Notes: a model not told the origin generated them from the letters alone. Positions 55,154-64,000 are shown, counted from the first letter of the stretch. The stretch: DNA of 64,000 nt from Acidobacteriota bacterium (GCA_022340665.1 JAJDNM010000125.1:28829-92828), one strand, 5' to 3'. Made by a program: numbers and translations.

Positions 55154-55822
55154 ATGTGTGGCCGTTTCGCGTTGATCGTCGATGCCTCGGTGCTGGCCGA
55201 TGTCTTCGAGGTGGAAGTCCCGCAGGAGATCAAACCTCGCTTCAACATCGCCCCGACCCAGACCGCCCCGATCGTTCGTCGCGGCAACCAAGGGAACCGA
55301 GAGCTGGCTTCCGCACGCTGGGGCCTGGTGCCCTCCTGGTCCAAGGATGAAAAGATCGGCGCAAGGATGATCAACGCCCGCGGCGAAACGGTTGCCGAAA
55401 AACCTTCGTTTCGATCCGCGGTCAAGACCCGCAGGTGTCTGGTGCCTGCCAGCGGTTTTTATGAGTGGGTGCGAACCGGAGAAACCAAGCAACCCCACTT
55501 CATCCACTTCTCGGACGGTCGGACGTTTGCCTTTGCCGGGCTGTGGGAACGGTGGCACAAGGGCGATGGCGACCCGCTGGACACCTTTACGATCATTACG
55601 ACGACCCCCAACGAGCTCATGCAAGAACTCCACGACAGGATGCCCGTGATTCTTCCACCCGATCGATACGCGGAGTGGGTGCATCCCGATCCTTTGCATC
55701 CGAATCGTCTCCAGGAGCTCCTCGCGCCCTGTTCGGTTGAAGGGATGGAGGAATATCCGGTGAGCACCTACGTCAACAGACCGACCAACGACGGCGCGGA
55801 GTGCATTGCACCCCTTGCCTGA
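55154..55822 (+). CDS. SOS response-associated peptidase (SRAP/YedK family, abasic-site DNA-protein crosslinking)
   Basis: Start set at ATG 55154 so the protein begins MCGRFAL, since the family requires Cys2 as the N-terminal nucleophile. Also ARWGLVPSW, INARGETV, PASGFYEW, MPVIL. Confidence 0.85.
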   Translation: MCGRFALIVDASVLADVFEVEVPQEIKPRFNIAPTQTAPIVRRGNQGNRELASARWGLVPSWSKDEKIGARMINARGETVAEKPSFRSAVKTRRCLVPASGFYEWVRTGETKQPHFIHFSDGRTFAFAGLWERWHKGDGDPLDTFTIITTTPNELMQELHDRMPVILPPDRYAEWVHPDPLHPNRLQELLAPCSVEGMEEYPVSTYVNRPTNDGAECIAPLA

Positions 55823-55946
55823 GCGGTCGATACGGGCACGCCATCGATGGCGGAACTCGTTGGTCGGACTGTTGCCGCGCTCGCGCAGGAATCAACACCG
55901 CGCTGGCTACGTATACTGAAACGAACGAGAAAATCCGGGAGGACGC

Positions 55947-56957
55947 ATGAGTGACGCGACGTGGTACGTAGCGGTGGCTGGGAAGACGATCGGTCCGATG
56001 AGTGAGGGTGAGCTGGTGGATGCCTTTCGATCCGGTACCTACGCACCGAATACCCAGGTTTATTGCGAGGGTGTTACCGAGTGGGCACCCGCAAACTCCG
56101 TGGCTGAGCTCAAGACCCGGATTCCGTCTCCACCGCCGTCACCGCCCCGCGTCGGCGGCCAGGCCGATCAGGTCGAGTACCAAATCCACGGCGACGAAAT
56201 GCAGTTCGTCGAGGTAGAGCTCGACCCCGGCGAGGGGGTCGTCGCGGAGGCCGGTGCGATGATGTACATGGGTGAGGGCATCGAGATGGAAACCATCTTC
56301 GGTGACGGTTCCGCCCAGCAGTCGTCGGTGATGGACAAGCTGGTGGGAGCCGGCAAGCGCCTCCTCACCGGAGAGAGCCTCTTCATGACCGTGTTCTCGA
56401 ACCGCGGGGCGGGCACCAGCCGCGCCGCCTTCGCCTCGCCCTACCCCGGCAAGATCATTCCGGTCGTTCTTGGTACTCACGGTGGTGCGATCATCTGTCA
56501 AAAGGACGCCTTTCTCTGCGCCGCCAAAGGGGTGTCGGTCAGTATCGCCTTCCAGAAACGGGTCGGCACCGCCCTCTTCGGCGGCGAAGGTTTCATCATG
56601 CAGAAGCTCGAGGGTGATGGGCTCGTCTTCGTGCATGCCGGCGGCACCATCGTCGAGCGCCGGCTCGGACCCGGCGAGAGGCTACGAGTCGACACCGGCT
56701 GCCTGGTCGCACTCGAAACCTCGGTCGACTACGACATCGAATTCGTCGGCGGCGTCAAGTCGGCGATCTTCGGGGGCGAGGGTTTCTTTTTCGCCCGCCT
56801 GCATGGACCGGGCAAGGTGTGGCTCCAGTCCCTCCCCTTCTCCCGCCTGGCCGGGCGCATCTGGCAGGCTGCACCCCAGACCGGTGGTCAGACCAAGGGT
56901 GAGGGCTCGATTCTCGGCAAGATGGGTGGCATCGGCGGGATCTTCGACGGAGACTAG
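55947..56957 (+). CDS. GYF_2 (DUF4339) domain fused to AIM24/TIGR00266-family domain
   Basis: N-terminus WYVAVAGKTIGPMSEGELVDAFRSGTYAPNTQVYCEGVTEWAPANSVAEL fits the GYF-like pattern. After a Pro-rich linker the sequence reads YQIHGDEMQFVEVELDPGEGVVAEAGAMMYM...GEGFIMQKLEGDGLVFVHAGG...GEGFFFARLHGPGKVWLQSLP, the AIM24 pattern. Confidence 0.7.
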   Translation: MSDATWYVAVAGKTIGPMSEGELVDAFRSGTYAPNTQVYCEGVTEWAPANSVAELKTRIPSPPPSPPRVGGQADQVEYQIHGDEMQFVEVELDPGEGVVAEAGAMMYMGEGIEMETIFGDGSAQQSSVMDKLVGAGKRLLTGESLFMTVFSNRGAGTSRAAFASPYPGKIIPVVLGTHGGAIICQKDAFLCAAKGVSVSIAFQKRVGTALFGGEGFIMQKLEGDGLVFVHAGGTIVERRLGPGERLRVDTGCLVALETSVDYDIEFVGGVKSAIFGGEGFFFARLHGPGKVWLQSLPFSRLAGRIWQAAPQTGGQTKGEGSILGKMGGIGGIFDGD

Positions 56958-57123
56958 TGGCCACGCGCCACCGGCCGCGGCGCAAGACCAGAGGTCGAGA
57001 ATTCAGAGTTGAGGGTTCAGAGTTGAGAGTTGTCAGGGCGCTATCGACAATTCGGACGGGTGGAGAAAATCCCCAAACTCTAAACTCTTGACTTTCGGAT
57101 CGGTTCCATCGCGAAAAGACTTT

Positions 57124-59973
57124 TCACCTTTTCCCCACCCGCTTCGCAAACTCATCCAGCACTCGCAGGTACGGTTCGATCGAGGGAATGAAATGGCGTT
57201 CCTCGCGGGAGTGGGGACCGATGCCGCTCTGCCCCCACACCACCTGGTTCCCCCCGGGTGCGAAACGGGCTGACGAGCCCGGTTTTTTCTTGCCGATCAC
57301 GGCCGGCCCACCGGAGATGGACGTGACCGATGCAATGAGGTGCGTGAGGTAGGGATTGTCCGGCGGACACTTGACCCCCGCCTCCATCACCTCCACCGTC
57401 TCTTCGAGGCCGAGCTCGTTGCACAGGGAACGCACCTCTGCGACCAGGGCCTCGAGATCGTCGTCAGGGATCGGTCGGACCTCGAGGCCGAGAACTCCCA
57501 ACCCGGCGGTGATGTTGTAGACCCCCCGTTCGCCCACATTCAGGTATGGAAAACGGGCCGACGTCTCCCAGCCATTCATGCTCGACAGGGTGAGGTGGCG
57601 GTTGCATGACGAGCCAAGAACGGATTTGATCTCGATCAGGCTGTCGAGCAGGTCCCTCGGACCGGCCCCGGTCCCCGTGTGTCCGCAGGCACCACGGGCG
57701 GTGATCTCCATTCTCAAAACTCCGCGGCTCTCGGTGCATACCTTACCGAAGAGCTCATTGCCCTCCTCGCCCGTGCGCTCGCCGACGACCATCAAGCCAG
57801 GCTTCCATCCGCTCTCGTTTTCGAGCGTTTTGAGCACGTGCGGGGTGCCGAAGGGTTCGCCCTCTCCATTCTCCTCGTTGCCGACGAGCAGCAGATTGAT
57901 CGGAGGGTACGGTGGACCTCCGGCCATGACCTCGCTCATCCACACCATGTAGCTTGCAACAACGGTCTTCATATCGGCTGCGCCCCGGCCCCACAGGTAG
58001 TCACCCTGAATCATCGGCTCGAACTGGCTGTCGTCGGGTTCGGGTCGCACCACGTCGAAATGGCCGCAGAGGGTGACTTCAGCCGAGTCCTGGCTGGGGA
58101 ACCTGGCCAAGACCGCTGGGTACCGGCCGCGGTCGAAAAACCGCACATCCAGTCCGTGCCGAGACAGGAAGTTGGCGACGAACCCGGCACAGGAAAAGAC
58201 CTGATCGATACGTTCGTCCTCGCAGTTCGTGATCGAGGGGATGCGCACCATGTCGGTCGCGAGCAGGAGGACATCTCGGGTACGGTCACTCACCCCCTCG
58301 ATCTCGAGCGCCGGTCGAGCCGGCCTTCCGACCCGCACCGGAAGCGAGGGCCGACGCTCGGCCATCTCGCGGAGGCCGAGGACCAGCGGTGCCAGCTTGT
58401 TCCACTCGGACCTGTAAAGTCCGGGCGACGACGCGATCTCTGCTACCTCATGCGCCACCCGACTTCGTCGCTCGTCGAACCACTCCACCAACAGCTCCGG
58501 AGGCACGACGACCCTTCCATCCTGGGTGCGTCGCACGTCTCCCCCGAGCCGCTCGAGCACCCACGCCCTGGTTGCCCCAGCAGGATTCGTGCCGCCGTCC
58601 CTCATCTTCCGCAGGGGCTCGAGGTCGTCGGCGTATCCGAGCCCGTCAGCCAGCGATTCGACCTCCGCCAGGATTTCCCCCAGCTGATCGCGAACGGTGA
58701 CCTTTCCGCCGTGCGCAGGGTGTTCGATCTCCGCATCGAGTCCCCGCCTCGACGCTTCCTGCTCGTTGCGCCGCGCACGGAGAATGTCTTCCGGGCAGTA
58801 GGTATATCCCGAGCCGTACTCCGGATCGGCGTAGGCGCGAAGCATCAGGAGTTCTTTGAGCAAAATCTTGGCGACCGAGAGTTCGAGATTGTCGCCGCCC
58901 TCGTCGGTGCGCACTTCCACCCGTTCCATCGGCAAATCGACCCGTGCACAGAGGTTCTCCACCACCAGTGCCCTTTCGGCCTCTTCGATGCTGCCGTGCG
59001 CACCAGTTGAATAGATTCCTCGTCGGTAGAGTTCTTTCAGTTGGTCGCTGGTCGCAGAGATGTTCCGCCGAACCGGGGCGACGTCGGACCGAGCACGGAC
59101 GGGTGTCCAGTTGTTGGCGCCAAAGCGGATCCCGGATCGAACCAGCTCATAGGAGATGTCGATGTACTCATCGTGGCTCGCGTAGAGGCCGGGTACGTCG
59201 AGGGGTTCCGGATTCGGAAACGATGCCAGGCGCCGCGAGTCATGATCCGTGAGCACAGTCTCGACCGTTCCGTTCACCTCTTCCGACGCGAACGGTGAAG
59301 CCGCGCTGACCGCGATGAATACGGGACACGCCGGCCTGAGAAGCCGAGTTGCCCGGATCACCGCCTGGTTTCGGTAGTCGACCAGCGTCTTTCCCCTTCT
59401 TTGCGACAGCGGCAGGTGGAGAAAATCTAGCGATAGGAGAGCTTCGGGAAAGCTGTGGTTGGTATGGACGCCGGCCGTCGCAAGATTGGCGCCGTAGAGC
59501 TCGACGCAGCGGCGGAGGTACCGTTGGCGTGCCAGGTTCCACCCGCGCGGAATGTCATCCGCTGTGACCTCGACGGAACTCGGAATATTGCCGTGCAGCG
59601 CGAGGAACGAGGTACCGTGGCCTTGACCGATCTCCGAAAGTGTGTCGAGCAGGATGCCCTCCAGCAGTCGCGCTTGAGCAGCGGTGGCGCGGGCCGAAAA
59701 GCACGGCGTCGTGGTGAGCTCGGTCATCCATCGGAAGACCTCGAGCTGAAAATGCCCGCGAACCCACTCTGGAAGCCCCTCGCCGTTGAGATAGTCGGCG
59801 AAAGGCCTCGCCTCTGGGCCGTAGCCGACCTGGCAGACCGGCACGAGATTCTTGTCGAGAATGTTGAACTCGATCTCGAGGCCCGAGGTACCGCTCTCCG
59901 GGTCCCCACGTTCCGAGTTTTCGAGCGCTAGATGGACCTTGTCAATGAAGCGAGTCCACTCTGTGCCGGTCAC
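57124..59973 (-). CDS. Fusion protein: GshA-like glutamate-cysteine-ligase-family domain (N) + M20 (ArgE/DapE-like) metallopeptidase domain (C)
   Basis: 949 aa. The N-terminal ~560 aa align by eye with E. coli GshA blocks: GLEIEFNIL vs GLERETLRV, TAGVHTNHSFP vs ISGVHYNFSLP, VFIAVSAASPFA vs YLFGASPA, MERVEVRTDEGG vs IEYIEVRSLDINP. The C-terminal ~380 aa carry M20 motifs: LCGHFDVV, GRGAADMK, VGNEENGE. Confidence 0.7.
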   Translation of the reverse strand: MTGTEWTRFIDKVHLALENSERGDPESGTSGLEIEFNILDKNLVPVCQVGYGPEARPFADYLNGEGLPEWVRGHFQLEVFRWMTELTTTPCFSARATAAQARLLEGILLDTLSEIGQGHGTSFLALHGNIPSSVEVTADDIPRGWNLARQRYLRRCVELYGANLATAGVHTNHSFPEALLSLDFLHLPLSQRRGKTLVDYRNQAVIRATRLLRPACPVFIAVSAASPFASEEVNGTVETVLTDHDSRRLASFPNPEPLDVPGLYASHDEYIDISYELVRSGIRFGANNWTPVRARSDVAPVRRNISATSDQLKELYRRGIYSTGAHGSIEEAERALVVENLCARVDLPMERVEVRTDEGGDNLELSVAKILLKELLMLRAYADPEYGSGYTYCPEDILRARRNEQEASRRGLDAEIEHPAHGGKVTVRDQLGEILAEVESLADGLGYADDLEPLRKMRDGGTNPAGATRAWVLERLGGDVRRTQDGRVVVPPELLVEWFDERRSRVAHEVAEIASSPGLYRSEWNKLAPLVLGLREMAERRPSLPVRVGRPARPALEIEGVSDRTRDVLLLATDMVRIPSITNCEDERIDQVFSCAGFVANFLSRHGLDVRFFDRGRYPAVLARFPSQDSAEVTLCGHFDVVRPEPDDSQFEPMIQGDYLWGRGAADMKTVVASYMVWMSEVMAGGPPYPPINLLLVGNEENGEGEPFGTPHVLKTLENESGWKPGLMVVGERTGEEGNELFGKVCTESRGVLRMEITARGACGHTGTGAGPRDLLDSLIEIKSVLGSSCNRHLTLSSMNGWETSARFPYLNVGERGVYNITAGLGVLGLEVRPIPDDDLEALVAEVRSLCNELGLEETVEVMEAGVKCPPDNPYLTHLIASVTSISGGPAVIGKKKPGSSARFAPGGNQVVWGQSGIGPHSREERHFIPSIEPYLRVLDEFAKRVGKR

Positions 59974-59998
59974 GAACGTCTCCCTCTGCGCGTCGGAC

Positions 59999-61354
59999 TC
60001 ACAACGATGACAGAGCCTGCCACAGCCGTTCGAGCGCCCCTCTCGTGGTCTCGGGCGGGAGCGCGTAGGAAAAACGAATCCAGTTCTTGCCGAAACCGGA
60101 GAAATAGACGCCGGGTACGACGGCGATCCCGTAAGACTCGGCGAGCGTCGTGCCGAGCTCGGACGTGTCCCCGTATCCCGCCTTCTCGAGCCACGGGCTC
60201 ATGTCGAGAAAGGCGTAGTAGCCGTTCCCGAGGATGTGATTGATTTCGTGGTCGGCAAGAAAATCCCTGACGACCACGCGACTCGCGTTGGTCGGTTCGA
60301 TAATCGGCGCGGCGGCTTTCCTGAATCCCATCCGGTATGCCGCCATCGCCACCGCAAGGCTGTAGAACGAGGGGATGACAGCGTGTGATGCGCGGCTCTG
60401 GATGAAGCGTATGACCTCCTCGGACGCGAGCAGGTGGGCGTTCCGGATGTTGCTCGCGCCGAGCGATTTGGTGAGGCCATCGAGGAAGATACAGCGGTCT
60501 CGTTCGGCCGGCTCGAGATCTTTCATCAACGCGTTGAGGTCGTGCGGCTCATCCTCCGTCACGCGGTGGTAGATCCAGTCGAACAGCACGTATGGGATGC
60601 CGATTGAAAACGCGGCCCGGGCGAGCTCGATTTGACGTTCGAGACGCATGCTGCGGCCGGTCGGGTTGTCGGGACTGGTGATCACCAGCAGCGCTATACG
60701 GCGGTCGCTGTCGGCGGCTGCCTCGGCACAGGCATGAATGCCCTCTGGCGTGAGAGTCCATGCGTTTTCTTCGTCGCCGGGCGCCAGCATCACATTCGCG
60801 CCAACCGAGTAGGGGCCCCAGTTGTAGGAGATCCAGGGCACCCTGGAAACGACTACGAAATCGCCACGCCGCTTGTGCCCGAGGAACTGCACGGCGTCAT
60901 AAGCCTTGACCAAGGCGTCACGCCCGCCCTGGCAAGCGATGACGTTAGCCGGTCCCCACCCGGTCGAAGCGTCCAGACCCCAGTAATCTTCGACGACCGC
61001 CCGTCGGTAGGCCGGCGTACCGAACGGTTTGTCGTAGCCGGTTCCGTGCTCGATCTGCAGTCGTTGGGCCGCCTCGAGGAGCTCGCGAGAAACGCCGGGC
61101 AGGCTGGCACCACCGTCGCCCTGACTCGCATCGAAAACGCTACCGCCGGGTTCGCGAGCGAGATAGACCTTGAGGGCCTCGTTGATTTCGAACATCCGGC
61201 TTCCCGGAATCGGCAACATTCTCTCCGGGCTGGAATCCAGGCCAACCAACTGGTCAATATCGACGACCAGCGCCGGGACACTGGAGTCGCTCGCATCGCC
61301 CTTTTTCGTACTCAAATCTGCCTCCCACCGAAAACCTGCTGCGACCGAACCCAC
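59999..61354 (-). CDS. PLP-dependent aminotransferase, class I/II fold
   Basis: 451 aa. NPTG block (ITSPDNPTGRS), D..Y block (LFDWIYHRV), PLP-Lys region DGLTKSLGASNIRNA, and IRFSYA near the C-terminus. The start is uncertain. A 25-nt gap separates it from the ligase-M20 gene. Confidence 0.8.
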   Translation of the reverse strand: MGSVAAGFRWEADLSTKKGDASDSSVPALVVDIDQLVGLDSSPERMLPIPGSRMFEINEALKVYLAREPGGSVFDASQGDGGASLPGVSRELLEAAQRLQIEHGTGYDKPFGTPAYRRAVVEDYWGLDASTGWGPANVIACQGGRDALVKAYDAVQFLGHKRRGDFVVVSRVPWISYNWGPYSVGANVMLAPGDEENAWTLTPEGIHACAEAAADSDRRIALLVITSPDNPTGRSMRLERQIELARAAFSIGIPYVLFDWIYHRVTEDEPHDLNALMKDLEPAERDRCIFLDGLTKSLGASNIRNAHLLASEEVIRFIQSRASHAVIPSFYSLAVAMAAYRMGFRKAAAPIIEPTNASRVVVRDFLADHEINHILGNGYYAFLDMSPWLEKAGYGDTSELGTTLAESYGIAVVPGVYFSGFGKNWIRFSYALPPETTRGALERLWQALSSL

Positions 61355-61445
61355 ACCTCAGATGCCATTCTCTCCTCCGAATTCAATGCTCGCCTATTGT
61401 GCCATCGAATGCCTGCGCGTGCCTCGCCTTCTTCGGGTCGATCTC

Positions 61446-63566
61446 TCAGTCCGCGGCCAGCACGACTTCGATCGGGAAATACTCTCTGAGACCCTCGATG
61501 ACTTCTCCGAGTTCGCCTGAGGCTTCGAGCTCGGCAGCCAGTACCTTCGTCCGGCGGATCAGGTCACGCTCTCGGAATATGTTGGCAAATCTGAAACCGG
61601 CCGGTCCCCACTGTTTCGTGCCGATGAGTTCGCCGGGCCCACGGAGCTTGAGGTCCGCCTCGGCAATCGCGAACCCGTCCGTACTTTCACAGACCACCTC
61701 CAGACGTCGTAGAGCGTCCTCACCGATTCCCTCGTCGGCCAACAGGATGCACCACGCCTGTCGTGTGCCGCGCCCCACCCTGCCGCGCAGCTGATGCAGT
61801 TGCGACAGGCCGAAGCGCTGGGGAGACTCGATCACCATCACCGATGCCTCGGGGACGTCCACGCCGACCTCGACGATGGTGGTCGACAACAGCACCGGTG
61901 CCGTGCCCCGCCTGAACCGGGCGATCGTCTCCTCCCGCTGGGATCGATCGAGGCGGCCATGCAGCACACCAACCTCGATTCCCTGCAAGGCCTGCCGGTA
62001 GGCTGCCTCACGTTCGGTCAGCGCCGCCGCCTCGATCTCTTCGCTGGCATCGATGATCGGGAAGACGACGTAGACCCTCCCTCCACCTTCGATCTCGTGC
62101 TTCAAGAAATCGAGTACTCGAGGACGAGCGTCGCCGAATCGGAGGTGGGTGTGTACTGGCCGCCGGCCCGGGGGCATCTCGTCGATGATCGACAGGTCGA
62201 GATCACCGTAGACGGTCAACGCGAGCGACCGGGGAATCGGCGTGGCTGTCATCACCAGCAGGTGTGGGGCACGGCCTTTCCCGACCAACGCCTGCCTTTG
62301 GGCGACGCCGAACCGGTGCTGCTCGTCAACTACTACCAGACCGAGCTGCCGGAAGGTCACTGACTCCTGGAAAAGAGCGTGCGTGCCGACTACCATCCGC
62401 ACAGATCCATCGGCGAGGCCCTCACGTACGGACCGCTGGGCGGCCGGCACCATCGATCCGGTGAGTCGGTGGGTGGTAAATCCGACTGCGGAAAAAATGT
62501 CTTCGAACGTCCGGGCATGTTGCTCGGCCAGCAGCTCCGTCGGCGCCATGAATGCCACCTGATGGCCTGAATCGAGCGCCATCAGCATCGCCAGGGCGGC
62601 TACCACCGTCTTGCCGGAGCCAACGTCACCCTGCAACAGCCGAGACATCGGCCTGCCGCTCCCGAGATCCATCTTCATCTCGTCGAGGACGTTGAGCTGA
62701 GCACCGGTCAGCTCGAACGGCACGAGCTTCGCAATTCGCGTCGGATTGACGATTTCGGTGTCGATCACGGCAGCGCCCGCCGCCCTACGTGCGAGTCGAC
62801 GCATGTGCATCGCGCACGCGAACGCCAGCAGCTCGTCGAAAGCCAGCCGACGGTGAAAAGGGCTGTTTCCACTGTTGAAGTCTTCGAGCCCGCTATCTTG
62901 GGCCGCCAACTCACACGGCGGGCTCGGGAGGTGCAACTCGCGCAGCGCGTCGCACAGAGGCGGGAGGCCGAAACGCGCTCGCACCGCGGCAGGAAGGGGA
63001 TCGCGGCAGGTTTCGGTCGCCTCGACACATTGCGCTATCAGATTCCTCAGCCGACGTCCTCCAAACCTGCCGAGGCGCCGATAGACGGGTACTACCCGTT
63101 CCTCTCCGTCGGCGACCTCCTCGACTTCCGGGTTGACCAGCTGCAACACTCCGCCACGACGTTCGCGAACCTGTCCGTAGAGATAGAGCTCCGGTTCGTC
63201 GGATAGGCGGCGGTGAATCCATCGCTGATTGAACCAAACCACTGCGAGCAGGCCACTGCCGTCATCGATCACGCCATCGACGATGACCATCCTGCGCCGC
63301 GGGATACGACGAACCTTCAGGTTGGTGACCCGACCTTTGAGCAGGATCCAGGATGCGGCCTCCGGATGACGAGCCAGGCTCCACACCTTCGTCCTGTCTT
63401 CGTAGCGCCGTGGCAGATGCAGCAGAAGATCGAGAACCGTGTGGAAGCCCTCGCTGGCGAGGTCCTCGGCGCTGCGCGGGCCGACACCCTTCAATTTGAC
63501 CAGAGGATCGTCGGGGCGCAGCGCGTCTCGCGCCGAAGTCAATCTGCGTCGATCTCGAACCGGCAC
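61446..63566 (-). CDS. recG: ATP-dependent DNA helicase RecG
   Basis: 706 aa. Wedge domain, then helicase motifs LLQGDVGSGKT, VVDEQHRFGV, MTATPIPR, GRVGRG and the C-terminal TRG-type region. Confidence 0.95.
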   Translation of the reverse strand: MPVRDRRRLTSARDALRPDDPLVKLKGVGPRSAEDLASEGFHTVLDLLLHLPRRYEDRTKVWSLARHPEAASWILLKGRVTNLKVRRIPRRRMVIVDGVIDDGSGLLAVVWFNQRWIHRRLSDEPELYLYGQVRERRGGVLQLVNPEVEEVADGEERVVPVYRRLGRFGGRRLRNLIAQCVEATETCRDPLPAAVRARFGLPPLCDALRELHLPSPPCELAAQDSGLEDFNSGNSPFHRRLAFDELLAFACAMHMRRLARRAAGAAVIDTEIVNPTRIAKLVPFELTGAQLNVLDEMKMDLGSGRPMSRLLQGDVGSGKTVVAALAMLMALDSGHQVAFMAPTELLAEQHARTFEDIFSAVGFTTHRLTGSMVPAAQRSVREGLADGSVRMVVGTHALFQESVTFRQLGLVVVDEQHRFGVAQRQALVGKGRAPHLLVMTATPIPRSLALTVYGDLDLSIIDEMPPGRRPVHTHLRFGDARPRVLDFLKHEIEGGGRVYVVFPIIDASEEIEAAALTEREAAYRQALQGIEVGVLHGRLDRSQREETIARFRRGTAPVLLSTTIVEVGVDVPEASVMVIESPQRFGLSQLHQLRGRVGRGTRQAWCILLADEGIGEDALRRLEVVCESTDGFAIAEADLKLRGPGELIGTKQWGPAGFRFANIFRERDLIRRTKVLAAELEASGELGEVIEGLREYFPIEVVLAAD

Positions 63567-63994
63567 TGGATGGTGCCGAAGACCACCGTGTCGCCGTTGG
63601 TTACCGGCGCCGGCTTGCCGGCCGCCAGCCGTTCGCCGTTGACGAAGGTACCGTTCATCGTGCCAACATCCTCGATGACGTTGTACCCGCCGTCGTCGTC
63701 ACGTCGAATTCTCGCGTGTCGACGAGATATCGATCGCTTGCCATCGACCGGCGTGAGGTCGATGTCCGGGTGGATGCCGGTCACGGGATCTATCCTGCCG
63801 ATGGTGGTCTCGCGCGAGTCCGCGAGCGGAAACGTGATGCCGGAGCTGATCTCGACCAGACGCGCGTTGGGATCGGGCTCCGCGCCGCTCTCAGTGTCCT
63901 TGATGCCGGATTCATCGATGTCGACTTCATGCCCGACCGCCTTTTCGAGCAGCGCCGTGGTCTGCTGGAGGCGTACGACAAGCTTGCGCATCAT
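63539..63994 (-). CDS. FHA-domain protein
   Basis: 151 aa. The C-terminal FHA pattern reads TIGR...D..L....ISRRHARI...G.Y.IEDVGTMNGTFVNGERL...L.NGD.V.FG. The stop overlaps the recG long-ORF start. Confidence 0.8.
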   Translation of the reverse strand: MMRKLVVRLQQTTALLEKAVGHEVDIDESGIKDTESGAEPDPNARLVEISSGITFPLADSRETTIGRIDPVTGIHPDIDLTPVDGKRSISRRHARIRRDDDGGYNVIEDVGTMNGTFVNGERLAAGKPAPVTNGDTVVFGTIQCRFEIDAD

Positions 63995-64000
63995 ACGAAT

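Noticed and set aside
55088-55699. N-terminal 204-codon extension of the S9 peptidase ORF (track ORF 52955..55699)
   Set aside because: The extension overlaps the SRAP gene on the other strand and has shadow-like composition. ATG 55087 gives a classical signal peptide (MKFRIIIGILTTAVVASLAQ).
55840-55851. Perfect 12-nt palindrome GCCATCGATGGC between the SRAP and GYF-AIM24 genes
   Set aside because: It is short and contains a ClaI-type site. It could be chance in a GC-rich spacer or a loopless stem. There is no flanking U-run and no second copy seen in the window.
57679-59010. 443-aa plus-strand ORF
   Set aside because: It is antisense to the ligase-M20 fusion gene and has no recognisable domain.
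61384-61403. TGGCAC motif (minus strand TGGCACAATAGGCGAGCATT) upstream of the aminotransferase/ligase-M20 operon
   Set aside because: It has a perfect -24-like hexamer but no GC at the required -12 position; the nearest GC dinucleotides are offset by -2 or +2. A second GGCAC nearby is off by one. Treated as a near-miss, not a sigma-54 promoter.
1-64000. Search for CRISPR arrays, IS/transposase genes, integrases, tRNA/rRNA genes, toxin-antitoxin or defence-island genes
   Set aside because: None recognised. All long ORFs are accounted for by housekeeping or metabolic genes. No spacer-repeat periodicity and no terminal inverted repeats were seen by eye.

Overview
GC-rich bacterial chromosomal segment from a diderm organism (Lpt, LpxB and LpxH-like genes, sigma-54). 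It is densely coding and I found no rRNA, tRNA, CRISPR array or mobile element. About the first 22 kb is one co-directional minus-strand block: hprK(partial)-ptsN-hpf-rpoN-lptB-LptC/A-like, accA, gpmI, PP2C phosphatase, J-domain/TPR, RodZ flanked by two repeat proteins, prsW, ribF, rimO, lpxB, small membrane proteins, HIT, ihfB, rpsA, cmk. The rest holds a radical SAM gene, a LarA-like/cupin/Fe-S/DUF1573 cluster, AMMECR1, a TrmJ-like methyltransferase, TPR plus a MurB-like gene, a 1289-aa sigma-54 activator coupled to aroA and an lpxH-like gene, DUF1015-serA-serC, an MFS transporter, a CBM9/DUF5916-type outer-membrane protein, M14 and S9 peptidases, oadGAB, a phosphohexomutase, SRAP, GYF-AIM24, a GshA-like ligase fused to an M20 peptidase next to an aminotransferase, recG and an FHA protein. 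The strongest non-obvious signal is an in-frame TGA in the DUF1573 gene at 25010..25012. It sits exactly where the family motif SCGCT has its first Cys. A hairpin whose upper stem starts 11 nt after the TGA resembles a bacterial SECIS, so this is a candidate secreted selenoprotein that a plain ORF caller splits in two. Other points worth a second look are the four-gene cluster around it, the ligase-M20 fusion, the giant sigma-54 activator with an unassignable ~940-aa N-terminus, DUF1015 coupled to serA/serC without serB, a single long LptC/LptA-like protein, and a MurB-like gene with a divergent active-site motif preceded by a mini-ORF with an exceptional Shine-Dalgarno run. All homology calls are motif recognition by eye from the translations; no database search was run.
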